Positions 55,251 through 63,226 are shown, counted from the stretch's first letter. The stretch is DNA of 64,000 nucleotides from an uncultured Verrucomicrobiota bacterium (GCA_964348665.1 CAYGDP010000005.1:29131-93130), one strand, 5' to 3'. Notes: generated by a model from the letters alone, not told the origin. A program made the numbers and translations.

Positions 55251-55831
55251 CGGCGGCGTGGCAATCCTTCGACGAGGACGCGGCCTTGTTCGCGGCCGAG
55301 TGACGTTGGTTCTAGGGTGCCCGGCTTGCGATTTCCCGCGAGGACAATGACGATTGGTTTGTGACGAGCGCGCGCTTCCGCAATGACCTCTGAAGTTCCA
55401 CCACGGCCTTGGGCGGGCAGGTTGTCGGACACAGCCAACAACACATCACACCTCGCCACCATCCATGTCCCAGCACGGGCGTAACTTTCCTCGCGTGACT
55501 CGGCAGCGGATAGGATTACAGTCTTTTTTGCCCGAGCCAACAAAGCATCGAAATGAATCCACGATGGCGATCCCTCCGGGCCGAAATCTTTTACATATTC
55601 CCTTCGCGGCATAGGCAACAGCGCGAGCATCTCGGCCCCGGGCAACAGTAGAATCATTTCCGCACAAACTCGATCCGCGCCCTCGGCCAATTGCGAGATG
55701 ACACGAATCTGTCGCCGCGGAAAGGCACTTCGAATCGAGGCAACCGCCTTCTCGATTCCCGAGCGCAAACGCTCCAGGTCAGCGAGTATCCGATGGCCAG
55801 TAACGGCGATGGTTAACGGGCGCGTTTCCAT
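55247..55831 (-). CDS. Stand-alone SLOG-superfamily protein (YpsA/DUF1273-like Rossmannoid)
   Basis: 194 aa. The strand-motif order matches YpsA: LTIAVTGHRIL, VISQLAEGADRVCAEM, LALLPMP, DVLLAVSDNLPAQGRGGTSEVI, PIVIV. Its start overlaps the TIR gene end by 19 bp, and its stop overlaps the paralog B stop by 4 bp. Confidence 0.65.
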   Translation of the reverse strand: METRPLTIAVTGHRILADLERLRSGIEKAVASIRSAFPRRQIRVISQLAEGADRVCAEMILLLPGAEMLALLPMPRREYVKDFGPEGSPSWIHFDALLARAKKTVILSAAESREESYARAGTWMVARCDVLLAVSDNLPAQGRGGTSEVIAEARARHKPIVIVLAGNRKPGTLEPTSLGREQGRVLVEGLPRRR

Positions 55832-57018
55832 AGAACGGGTTTTGATCCTTTTTGAGTCCCGGTGTAAGAATTATTGTCCAAGAACTGATACTTTCCCTCG
55901 GTTACCACGCCCGACTTGGAGATAATTTGAAAATTTCCATCCTTGGCGGTATAGCGGCCAGTGTCTTCGCAGACGGCAACAAACCGATACGGTCCCTGGG
56001 GGCTGGTGAACAAATTCAGCTTCCAAGTCTGACCGCTGATCACCAAATCCAAATCCCATCGGGCATCAAAACCGCTCTGGGCGATCTGATTGTATTTCCA
56101 TACGTCACCGTTGGGGTCGATCGGGGGCGGCGAGCCGTACCCAGCCGTCAAAAATATCCAAAACGCGGGTGGAATGGCATTGACCACGCGCATGGTATCT
56201 TTGCCGAGTTGGCCGGCAACGATTCGCGCTGCTTTGCCATCGGGGATGTAGTAGCAGATTTTATTGGCATCGAAATGAATCCGACCAGTTTCTTCAATGG
56301 TGCATACCCCTCGATATTTCATATCATTGTCTATGCGCGTGGTCATCTTTACCGTGATGGAGTCCGCTGCTTGCGGCGACATTTCCCATGCGCCAACGAA
56401 TTTTTGCTCATCCGATTCCGCGGGTGCGACGACGACCGATGGTTTGCCGTCCTGTGTTTGAGGTGGGGTTACAATCACGGTTGGCGGTGGGCGAGTGTTC
56501 CACCACCAAATTGCTCCGCCGAGAATGACAGCGGCAACGGCCATTGCGCCTGCTTTCGTCAGCTCGCGTTTTCGCTGCAACCGCGTGTTCGAGCGCAGCA
56601 TTTTCACGACCCGTTCAATGGCGGAATCGCTGTGTTCGTGGGAATAGGTCACGCAATTGTGGCCGGACAAATGGGAAATGGCCGATGGCAATTGATCGGG
56701 GGTGGGGATGGCAAAATCCTCGGTGCGCAACAGCACCACGTTGCGCTTGGTGGCAAACGCGTGAACGATTTCCTGCAGCACCCAGTCGTCCTCGTTCTTG
56801 CACCGCTCCAGTGAGTTGGCGGTCAGCAACAGCAAAAAATCCGGGGTGGATTCGATGGTTTTTTTGAGTGCTTCGTCAAATCGTCCCGACCGAAGCTCGC
56901 GCACATCGAGGAACACGTTGTAGCCATGGGCCGTCAGGGAGTTGCGAATCACCTGTGCCAAGGCCGATCCGCCATCGCGACGATAGCTGATGAACACATC
57001 ATACGGTTTTTCGCTCAT
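55813..57018 (-). CDS. TIR domain - single TM - extracytoplasmic beta-rich domain protein
   Basis: From the ATG at 57018: MSEKPYDVFISYRRDGGSALAQVIRNSLTAHGYNVFLD...NEDDWVLQEIVHA, a TIR with a candidate catalytic Glu. Then a KR-rich linker, a TM helix (AGAMAVAAVILGGAIWWW), a Pro-rich linker and about 230 aa of unknown fold. The ORF-track extension to 57462 is rejected. Confidence 0.85.
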   Translation of the reverse strand: MSEKPYDVFISYRRDGGSALAQVIRNSLTAHGYNVFLDVRELRSGRFDEALKKTIESTPDFLLLLTANSLERCKNEDDWVLQEIVHAFATKRNVVLLRTEDFAIPTPDQLPSAISHLSGHNCVTYSHEHSDSAIERVVKMLRSNTRLQRKRELTKAGAMAVAAVILGGAIWWWNTRPPPTVIVTPPQTQDGKPSVVVAPAESDEQKFVGAWEMSPQAADSITVKMTTRIDNDMKYRGVCTIEETGRIHFDANKICYYIPDGKAARIVAGQLGKDTMRVVNAIPPAFWIFLTAGYGSPPPIDPNGDVWKYNQIAQSGFDARWDLDLVISGQTWKLNLFTSPQGPYRFVAVCEDTGRYTAKDGNFQIISKSGVVTEGKYQFLDNNSYTGTQKGSKPVLWKRAR

Positions 57019-57133
57019 CCGGCCGATTCTAGCGGGGGTATTGGCGCAAACAAGAGCAAATCGAAAAAATCGCCGAGTCCAGCGGTTCCGATCCCGCTTG
57101 CCGAGACCGACCCCAACTCCCCGTTCAAAAAAG

Positions 57134-57169
57134 TGACATAAATTGTAACGATCGTTACAAATTATGTCA
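57134..57169. promoter_or_regulatory. 36-bp near-perfect palindrome (operator-like) in the divergent intergenic region
   Basis: TGACATAAATTGTAACGA|TCGTTACAAATTATGTCA with one mismatch; the core TTGTAACGATCGTTACAA is perfect. It lies about 115 bp from the TIR ATG and about 105 bp from the isomerase ATG. Confidence 0.6.
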
Positions 57170-57273
57170 TGGTTATTGAGGGAGGATTTACTTTGTGAAG
57201 GCTGGTAAATCATCATTGAGTTGCCGGGCGGTTTTTGCCAATCTGTGCCGTTCAACCGGAAAGGAGATCGTTT

Positions 57274-58023
57274 ATGCCACCGCCCATTGCGTTGCAGCTT
57301 TATTCCGTGAGAGATATTTTGCCGAAAGATCCAAAGGGTGTGATCCGCAAAATCGCCGAGATGGGCTACATTGGTGTCGAAACTGCCGGTTTGCCAGGAA
57401 TGTCGCTCGCCGAATCTGCCAAGTTTTACAAAGAGGTCGGGTTGATGGTGAGCAGCGCGCATTCATCGCCGCCCATTGGCGATAAAAAGAACGAGGTCCT
57501 CGATTTTGCCAAAACGCTCGGCATCAAACGTCTCGTCGGTGGACGTGGTCCTGACGATTTCAAGACGGTGGAAAAAATCAGGGCGACCTGCGAAGGATTT
57601 AATGTGGCAAGCCGGGCGTGTCGCGAGAACGGCCTGGAATATGCGATTCATAATCATTGGTGGGAGTTCATCACGCTCGATGGGAAGCCAGTTTACAAGT
57701 ATATGCTCGAATATCTCGAACCCCATGTCCAGTTTCAGATTGATGTCTATTGGGTGCAAACCGGCGGCTGCAATCCCGCGGCGGTGTTGAAAGAAGTGGG
57801 CAAACGCGCGACCTTACTACACATCAAAGACGGACCATGCGAGCGTGAGAAGGTGATGACCGCTGTGGGCGACGGCAAAGTGGACATGGGGGCCATCTCC
57901 AAGGTTGCGCAGGCGGATTGGTGGATCGTCGAACTGGACCGGTGCGATACCGATATGATGGAGGCCGTACACAAGAGCTACAAGTTTTTAACATCGAAGG
58001 GATATACGCGGGGGAAGCGATGA
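57274..58023 (+). CDS. Sugar phosphate isomerase/epimerase (xylose-isomerase-like TIM barrel)
   Basis: MPPPIALQLYSVRDILPKDPKGVIRKIAEMGYIGVETAG. AAGGAG RBS lies 6 nt upstream of the ATG at 57274. Confidence 0.88.
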   Translation: MPPPIALQLYSVRDILPKDPKGVIRKIAEMGYIGVETAGLPGMSLAESAKFYKEVGLMVSSAHSSPPIGDKKNEVLDFAKTLGIKRLVGGRGPDDFKTVEKIRATCEGFNVASRACRENGLEYAIHNHWWEFITLDGKPVYKYMLEYLEPHVQFQIDVYWVQTGGCNPAAVLKEVGKRATLLHIKDGPCEREKVMTAVGDGKVDMGAISKVAQADWWIVELDRCDTDMMEAVHKSYKFLTSKGYTRGKR

Positions 58024-58934
58024 AAAGCTCCAAACCCCAAACCCCAAACTCCAAAGAACCTTCTAGCACCAATCTTCAAGCGGCAAAGATGGCTTTCTTC
58101 TATCATCCGAGTTTGAGGTTTCCGGTGTTGATCTTTCTGATTGTCACGAGTGTAGTACCCTCGTCTGCGCAAGATGGTACGATCGTTCTCGACCCGACCA
58201 AGCCGAACGCGCCGCGTATCGTCCGCGAGGCGATTACCAATCAGCCCATCCACGATTACCGGCTCGATGGGCGTCTGGAATTGACCTCCGCCGATGGCGC
58301 AAAGAAAAAGCTGGGTATCATTATCCTCGGTCGGCCTGTCAAAGATTATTCGAATGTGAAAACCATCATCCGAGTCACGTCGCCATCCGACGTGGCGGGC
58401 GCGACACTGATGGTGTGGCAGACCGATCATTCGCCAAACCAGATTTTTTATCGCGGCTCGGGAGCTTCGGAGCCAATCGAAATCCAAGCCGAGAAAAATC
58501 GGGAGCGATTTTTGGACACCGATTTTTCCTACGAAGACGTAAACTTTTCCTTCCTCCGTTGGGCGAAACAGGAAACATTCAAGCCGGACGAGAAACGCGT
58601 AGCACGCTGGTGTCATGTCGTCAAAAGCACGCCCACGTCGTCCGATGGCAGCCAATATGCCTATGTGATCTCGTGGATTGATCGCGAGGCGCTCGCGCCA
58701 TTGGTCGCCGAAGGCTACGACGCGCAAGGCAAGCTTTTGAAGAAACTGACCGTAAAGGGGTTTCGCCGGGACGGTGGCGGTTGGTCGGTCAGCGAAATGA
58801 CGGTCGAGGATTTACTCCGCGGCCATCGCACGAAACTTGTCATTGAAAAAGGCGATTTTCACATCGAGCATCCCGACGAGTTGTTTACCCGGGAAAAATT
58901 CTTCCTGGAATTGCCTCGCGCGAAAAAAGGCTGA
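58020..58934 (+). CDS. Outer-membrane lipoprotein-sorting (LolA-like) family protein
   Basis: Signal region FPVLIFLIVTSVVPSSAQ and a FLDTDFSYEDVNF block typical of LolA-like sorting proteins. The start is uncertain: 58020 overlaps the upstream stop, and the downstream MAFFYH is an alternative. Confidence 0.75.
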   Translation: MKSSKPQTPNSKEPSSTNLQAAKMAFFYHPSLRFPVLIFLIVTSVVPSSAQDGTIVLDPTKPNAPRIVREAITNQPIHDYRLDGRLELTSADGAKKKLGIIILGRPVKDYSNVKTIIRVTSPSDVAGATLMVWQTDHSPNQIFYRGSGASEPIEIQAEKNRERFLDTDFSYEDVNFSFLRWAKQETFKPDEKRVARWCHVVKSTPTSSDGSQYAYVISWIDREALAPLVAEGYDAQGKLLKKLTVKGFRRDGGGWSVSEMTVEDLLRGHRTKLVIEKGDFHIEHPDELFTREKFFLELPRAKKG

Positions 58935-59585
58935 TTACGTTTTCGAGTCGGTCGGTGTCGGGCCGGCCACGCTGCCTCCGCTGATGACCAGTTTGATGGC
59001 GTCGGCGACGGAGATGTTGAGCGGCGTGGTTTTTTTGCGCGGGAGCAGCAGGAGAAAACCGCTGGTGGGGTTGGGCGTGGTCGGCACGAAGACCGTTACC
59101 AGCGGCTCGGTCTGATTGGATACCTTGTCGGTGACTTCCCCGGTGACAAAGGCGATGGCATATGTTCCGGGGGAGGGGAACTCCACCAGCACCGCCTCAC
59201 GGAACGCTGATTGACGGCCGGGTTGAAAAGCGCTGATGATTTCCTTGACGGTCGGATAGATTTTGCTCAACAACGGCGTGTTGCCGATGAGTTTTTCGAG
59301 ATAGACCAACAAATCCTTGCCCAGCGCGCGTCGAGTAAGCGAGCCAACTAACACAAAGAACAACGCAACCAGGACCAGTGTCAGGAGCCGCCCCAGAATG
59401 GTCGGCTCGTTGTTGTGTTGAAAAACTTGCTGCGCTTCTTTGGGCAACACCTCCAGCAAAATGCTTGTCGCGCCGGTGGCGATTCCAAAGAGCCAGAGAA
59501 TCAACCAAACCGAGAGCAGGATCGGCAGCATGACAAACAGCCCGGCAAAAAAATTGCGGCGAAGATTTTGCATGGAATCAGCCAT
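58935..59585 (-). CDS. DUF502 family membrane protein
   Basis: LRRNFFAGLFVMLPILLSVWLILWLF plus the DUF502-like core TGEV...FVPTTPNPTSGFLL. Confidence 0.85.
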   Translation of the reverse strand: MADSMQNLRRNFFAGLFVMLPILLSVWLILWLFGIATGATSILLEVLPKEAQQVFQHNNEPTILGRLLTLVLVALFFVLVGSLTRRALGKDLLVYLEKLIGNTPLLSKIYPTVKEIISAFQPGRQSAFREAVLVEFPSPGTYAIAFVTGEVTDKVSNQTEPLVTVFVPTTPNPTSGFLLLLPRKKTTPLNISVADAIKLVISGGSVAGPTPTDSKT

Positions 59586-60024
59586 GACGGTTTCCTTTCG
59601 GTCGAGACGATCGTAGCAATTCGTTTTCTGCGATGCGCATCTCTCGTCGCTGCGCCGGTGTTTTGTCGTCGTACCCGGCCAAATGCAATAAGCCGTGAAT
59701 CACATAACGCGACAATTCCTCGGCCAGCGGACGACGATGGCGTCGCGCCTGCACTTGCGCGGTCTCGGCGCTGATAATGATTTCTCCCATCTTCCCATGG
59801 CCGTTCGAATAATCGAACGTAATTACGTCCGTTGGCCCCCGGTGACGCAGAAATTGCCAATTCACCCGTGCGATCTCGGTGTCGTCCACGATGGCGATAG
59901 AGAGCGTATCGAGTGTGAGTGCGTCGGAGCGTGCGAGCTTGGAGGAGATCGACCGGGCGACCTGACGAACGGGTGAGAGGGGGGCGAGAACGGCCGATTG
60001 AAGATTTGAGATTTGAATCTTCAC
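59578..60024 (-). CDS. ybeY: rRNA maturation RNase YbeY
   Basis: HGLLHLAGYDD zinc motif. The GTG start at 60024 overlaps the phoH stop (GTGA). The ORF-track extension to 60219 is rejected. Confidence 0.88.
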   Translation of the reverse strand: MKIQISNLQSAVLAPLSPVRQVARSISSKLARSDALTLDTLSIAIVDDTEIARVNWQFLRHRGPTDVITFDYSNGHGKMGEIIISAETAQVQARRHRRPLAEELSRYVIHGLLHLAGYDDKTPAQRREMRIAENELLRSSRPKGNRHG

Positions 60025-60983
60025 GCGGATTTCTTTTTGCGGGCCTGTTGATAGACGGCGATGATTTTTTGGACTAGCTCGTGGCGGACGATGTCTTTTT
60101 CGCTCATCCGGACGATGGCGATGCCGGGGATGTCGCCGAGAAGTTCCTCCGCCTCGATGAGGCCGGATTTTTTCGACGAGGGCAAGTCCACCTGCGTGGT
60201 GTCGCCGGTGATGACGCATTTGGAGTCGAACCCGAGCCGTGTGAGAAACATGAACATTTGTTCGGGGGTGGTGTTTTGCGCTTCGTCGAGAATCACAAAG
60301 CTGTTGTTGAGAGTGCGTCCGCGCATGTAGGCGAGGGGAGCGACCTCGATGATGCGGCGTTCGGTGAGGCGGATGGTTTCGTCGGGATCGAGCATGTCGT
60401 AGAGGGCGTCGTAGAGTGGGCGCAGATAGGGCGCGACTTTTTCGTCGAGCGTGCCGGGAAGAAATCCGAGCGCCTCGCCGGCCTCGACAGCGGGGCGGGT
60501 GAGGATAATACGGGCGACTTTTTCCTCTTTAAGTTCACTCACAGCCATTGCCATGGCGAGGTAGGTCTTGCCCGTGCCGGCGGGACCGATGCCAAAGACA
60601 ATGTCGTTTTTTCGGATCGCGTCAACATAGGCATTTTGGCCAAACGTGCGCGGCGCGACGGGACGTTTGCGCGGGCTGACGGGGATTTTCTGCGCGAAAA
60701 ATCCGGCAATTTCCGAGCGTTGTCCGCCGGTGATGGCGTTGAGGGCGAGGGAAAATTCCTGGCGACGGATTTGCGCGCCACGAGTGCGGGCGTCTTTCAA
60801 TTCGTCGAAGAGAGCGGTGGCGGTGGCGATCGCGTCGGGTTTTCCCTCGATTTTGAGCCAGCCTTCGCGGGTGACAGTTTTGATGTCGAGAGCGGCTTCG
60901 AGTTGTTTGAGGTTTTTGAGGTCGCCGCCGCAAAGCGCGAGCAGTTCGCGTCCGTCATCGAATTGTAGAGTTTCGGTGGCCAT
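60021..60983 (-). CDS. phoH: PhoH family ATPase
   Basis: Walker A GIGPAGTGKTYLAMAMAV, the PhoH core, and the classical phoH-ybeY pair. Confidence 0.93.
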   Translation of the reverse strand: MATETLQFDDGRELLALCGGDLKNLKQLEAALDIKTVTREGWLKIEGKPDAIATATALFDELKDARTRGAQIRRQEFSLALNAITGGQRSEIAGFFAQKIPVSPRKRPVAPRTFGQNAYVDAIRKNDIVFGIGPAGTGKTYLAMAMAVSELKEEKVARIILTRPAVEAGEALGFLPGTLDEKVAPYLRPLYDALYDMLDPDETIRLTERRIIEVAPLAYMRGRTLNNSFVILDEAQNTTPEQMFMFLTRLGFDSKCVITGDTTQVDLPSSKKSGLIEAEELLGDIPGIAIVRMSEKDIVRHELVQKIIAVYQQARKKKSA

Positions 60984-61104
60984 TGGGTTTGGGTATTCCG
61001 CTGGACGAACCTAAACCAGAGACGAACGAAGGGCAAGCTTGGAGAAACGAGGACAGAAATTCCCCGTTTGTACTCAAAGGCGGAAAATCTCTGGGTTCGG
61101 AGTA

Positions 61105-61145
61105 CACGCTTCAGCGTGCTCCAAGCTAAAGCTTGAACTCCAAAC
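61105..61145. repeat. Second copy of the hairpin plus 24-nt caagctaaagcttgaactccaaac repeat
   Basis: cacgc-ttca-gcgtg (61105-61118). The 24-mer at 61122-61145 is identical to 46467-46490. Confidence 0.8.
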
Positions 61146-61252
61146 GATCTATTCAGAATTTCGGTAACAAACGTGGAATTTCTGAAACGAGGATGATGAG
61201 ATTCTTTAATGATTTTTGTCAAAGTAGCAGGTCATCGATTAGCTGCCTGTTG

Positions 61253-61281
61253 AATTACTCGCCGTGCGGGGACGCGCGGCG
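61253..61281. repeat. GC-rich self-complementary hairpin repeat (aattactcgccgYgcggggRcgcgcggc)
   Basis: Matches 27138-27166 at 27/29 nt. Confidence 0.7.
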
Positions 61282-61404
61282 GAATTGGGATCCTTCAATA
61301 GTCATTTTGGCTGATAGAAGGCTTTTCGAGATTCGAGGACGAGGACGATTTCCGAGCCGGCAAAGCGTGGGTTGGAGAGCTGTAATGTTGTTACAACGGT
61401 ATCG

Positions 61405-61983
61405 TCACTTCGGTTTCTGCGCGAAGTCGGCAAGCTTGGGGGATTCGAGTTTGACGAAGTCGGCGTAGGAGATTTTGAGCGAGTCGGTGTAGGTGCCGGC
61501 GGCGAATGCGATCTCGGTGTTCTGTGCCAGCAGTTTATCGGCGAAGAGTGGTAGATTGTAGAGACTGCCAAAGGGCGGCAAGGCGCCCAGTTCGCAATCG
61601 GGGAAGAGAGTTTTGAGGGCGGCTTCTTTGGCGAGCGAGCAGGATTTGCCGACCACGGCGCTAAGTTTTTTGAAATCCACGCGCGCCGCCGCGGGCAACG
61701 CGGCCAGCACAAACGTGGCGCCGGTTTGGGCGACGACGACTTTGACGTGTTTTTTGCCGCTGATATGTTCGGCAGCGGCGACTTCCTGGGCAGTGTAGGC
61801 TTTCGGGTGGCGGATCAGCTCGTACCGAACTTTCCGGTCGGTCAGATAATCTTCGATGTGGGAGAGCGCTTTGCCTTTTTTGCCGGGAGCGGATTTTTTT
61901 GCCGGCGCAGATTTCTTCGGCACAGCCTTCGCGTGGGCGGGTTTCGCCGCGACTTTTTTCTTGGCAGGTTTCTTTGACTTCAT
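61405..61983 (-). CDS. YbaK/aminoacyl-tRNA-deacylase-like protein with a lysine/alanine-rich N-terminal tail
   Basis: The N-terminal 40 aa read MKSKKPAKKKVAAKPAHAKAVPKKSAPAKKSAPGKKGK. A YbaK-like core follows (YELIRHPKAYTAQEVAAAEHISG...CELGALPPFGSLYNLPLFAD). Confidence 0.75.
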   Translation of the reverse strand: MKSKKPAKKKVAAKPAHAKAVPKKSAPAKKSAPGKKGKALSHIEDYLTDRKVRYELIRHPKAYTAQEVAAAEHISGKKHVKVVVAQTGATFVLAALPAAARVDFKKLSAVVGKSCSLAKEAALKTLFPDCELGALPPFGSLYNLPLFADKLLAQNTEIAFAAGTYTDSLKISYADFVKLESPKLADFAQKPK

Positions 61984-62040
61984 AAAAACCCCGGCAATTG
62001 GGATAATTAAAATCGTCTTGGCAAAGATTGCAAGAGATTT

Positions 62041-63186
62041 TTACTGGCGCGGATTATGACGGTCGAATCGCAGGGCGCGGATGGGGCGCGGCTGAAAGGC
62101 GTAGAGCGGAAGTTGATCGTCCGCAGGCCAACGTCCCGGGATCGCCGCTTTGCATTGTGGACAACGTCCCGCGCGTAAATTGTATTCCAAAATTTGGTAG
62201 CCGTGCCGTTTGACCAACAGCGTGGAGCAGCCGGGGCAATAGGTGTTTTCCCAATGCCCGACCCGACCGGGGCGATTGCCCGCGTAAACAAATCGCAAAC
62301 CCGCGTCCCGACCGAAATTGCAGGCGCGCAGGAGGATGTCTGCGCCGGTATGACCGCGGTCGGTCATTTTGTAATCGGGATGAAACGCCGTGACGTGCCA
62401 GGGAATATCGCGGCTGACGCCAGCCAGAAATCGCGCGATGGACTTCATCTCGTCGTCAGAGTCATTGAAACCGGGGATGACGAGAGTGACGATTTCGAGC
62501 CAGATTCCTCGCTGGTGCAACTGTTGGATGGTTTGGAGGACGCTATCGAGTTTGCCGCCGAGCTGGCGGTAATTTTTGTCGTTGAAACTTTTTAAGTCCA
62601 CTTTGTAAAGCTCCAGCCACGGCTGGAGATAGTCGAGCGCTTCCGGGGTCGCGTTTCCGTTGCTGACGAATGCGGTATGCAGTCCGCGTGCGCGGGCGAG
62701 CTTGAAAATTTCGACTGCCCACTCTGCGGTGATGAGCGGCTCGTTGTAGGTGCTGGTGACGGTGCTGCATTGTGTTCGCAGCGCGGCGTCCACCAATTGC
62801 TCGGCGGTCATCCGTTTTGGATTGACCCCGGCGGAGCGGTCGCGGAGAGTTTGAGAGGTGACCCAGTTTTGGCAATACGCGCAGTGAAAATCACAGCCGA
62901 GCATGCCAAAGCTGAACGCGTTGGTGCCGGGGTAGGCGTGGAAGAACGGTTTTTTTTCGATCGGATCAAACTGCAACACACCTGCATATCCGTTTGGCAC
63001 GCGAAGGATGCCGCCCTCATTGTACCGAACGCCGCAGACGCCACTATGTCCATCAAGCACCAGACACCGGTGACCGCAGGCAAAGCAGCGCACGCGGCTA
63101 TCGGGCAGTTTTTCGTACAGATCGCCCGGACGCGTCAACTCTCGCAACTCTTGTTCGAGCGGGAGAGGTTCGGTCGAAGTTGTCAT
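62041..63186 (-). CDS. amrS: AmmeMemoRadiSam system radical SAM enzyme
   Basis: CDFHCAYCQNW (CX3CX2C) and the pyruvate-formate-lyase-activase-like core. The ATG at 63186 is preferred over the TTG at 63198. Confidence 0.88.
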   Translation of the reverse strand: MTTSTEPLPLEQELRELTRPGDLYEKLPDSRVRCFACGHRCLVLDGHSGVCGVRYNEGGILRVPNGYAGVLQFDPIEKKPFFHAYPGTNAFSFGMLGCDFHCAYCQNWVTSQTLRDRSAGVNPKRMTAEQLVDAALRTQCSTVTSTYNEPLITAEWAVEIFKLARARGLHTAFVSNGNATPEALDYLQPWLELYKVDLKSFNDKNYRQLGGKLDSVLQTIQQLHQRGIWLEIVTLVIPGFNDSDDEMKSIARFLAGVSRDIPWHVTAFHPDYKMTDRGHTGADILLRACNFGRDAGLRFVYAGNRPGRVGHWENTYCPGCSTLLVKRHGYQILEYNLRAGRCPQCKAAIPGRWPADDQLPLYAFQPRPIRALRFDRHNPRQ

Positions 63187-63226
63187 ACCGATTAACAATG
63201 GCTGAACCGGCGGCGAATTGCAACCG

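Noticed and set aside
55852-56814. 320-aa plus-strand ORF inside the TIR gene region
   Set aside because: It is antisense to a gene with clear TIR motifs and a TM helix. Its composition is Gly/Arg/Ala-rich and it has no recognisable motif, the typical shadow ORF of high-GC DNA.
57019-57462. N-terminal 148-aa extension of the TIR ORF given by the ORF track
   Set aside because: The extension has no domain-like sequence. It runs through the palindrome and overlaps the start of the opposite-strand isomerase gene. The TIR domain begins right at the internal Met (MSEKPYDVFISY).
59578-60219. 213-aa version of the ybeY ORF
   Set aside because: The upstream 65 codons overlap the phoH 3' end and are Arg/His/Pro-rich. 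The YbeY domain begins at the GTG at 60024, which overlaps the phoH stop.
60081-60968. 295-aa plus-strand ORF
   Set aside because: Antisense shadow of phoH (Walker A is clear on the minus strand).
62041-63186. AmmeMemoRadiSam radical SAM enzyme lacking adjacent AMMECR1 and Memo partners as an anomaly
   Set aside because: The partner genes are often unlinked in bacteria and may lie outside the window, so this is not informative on its own.
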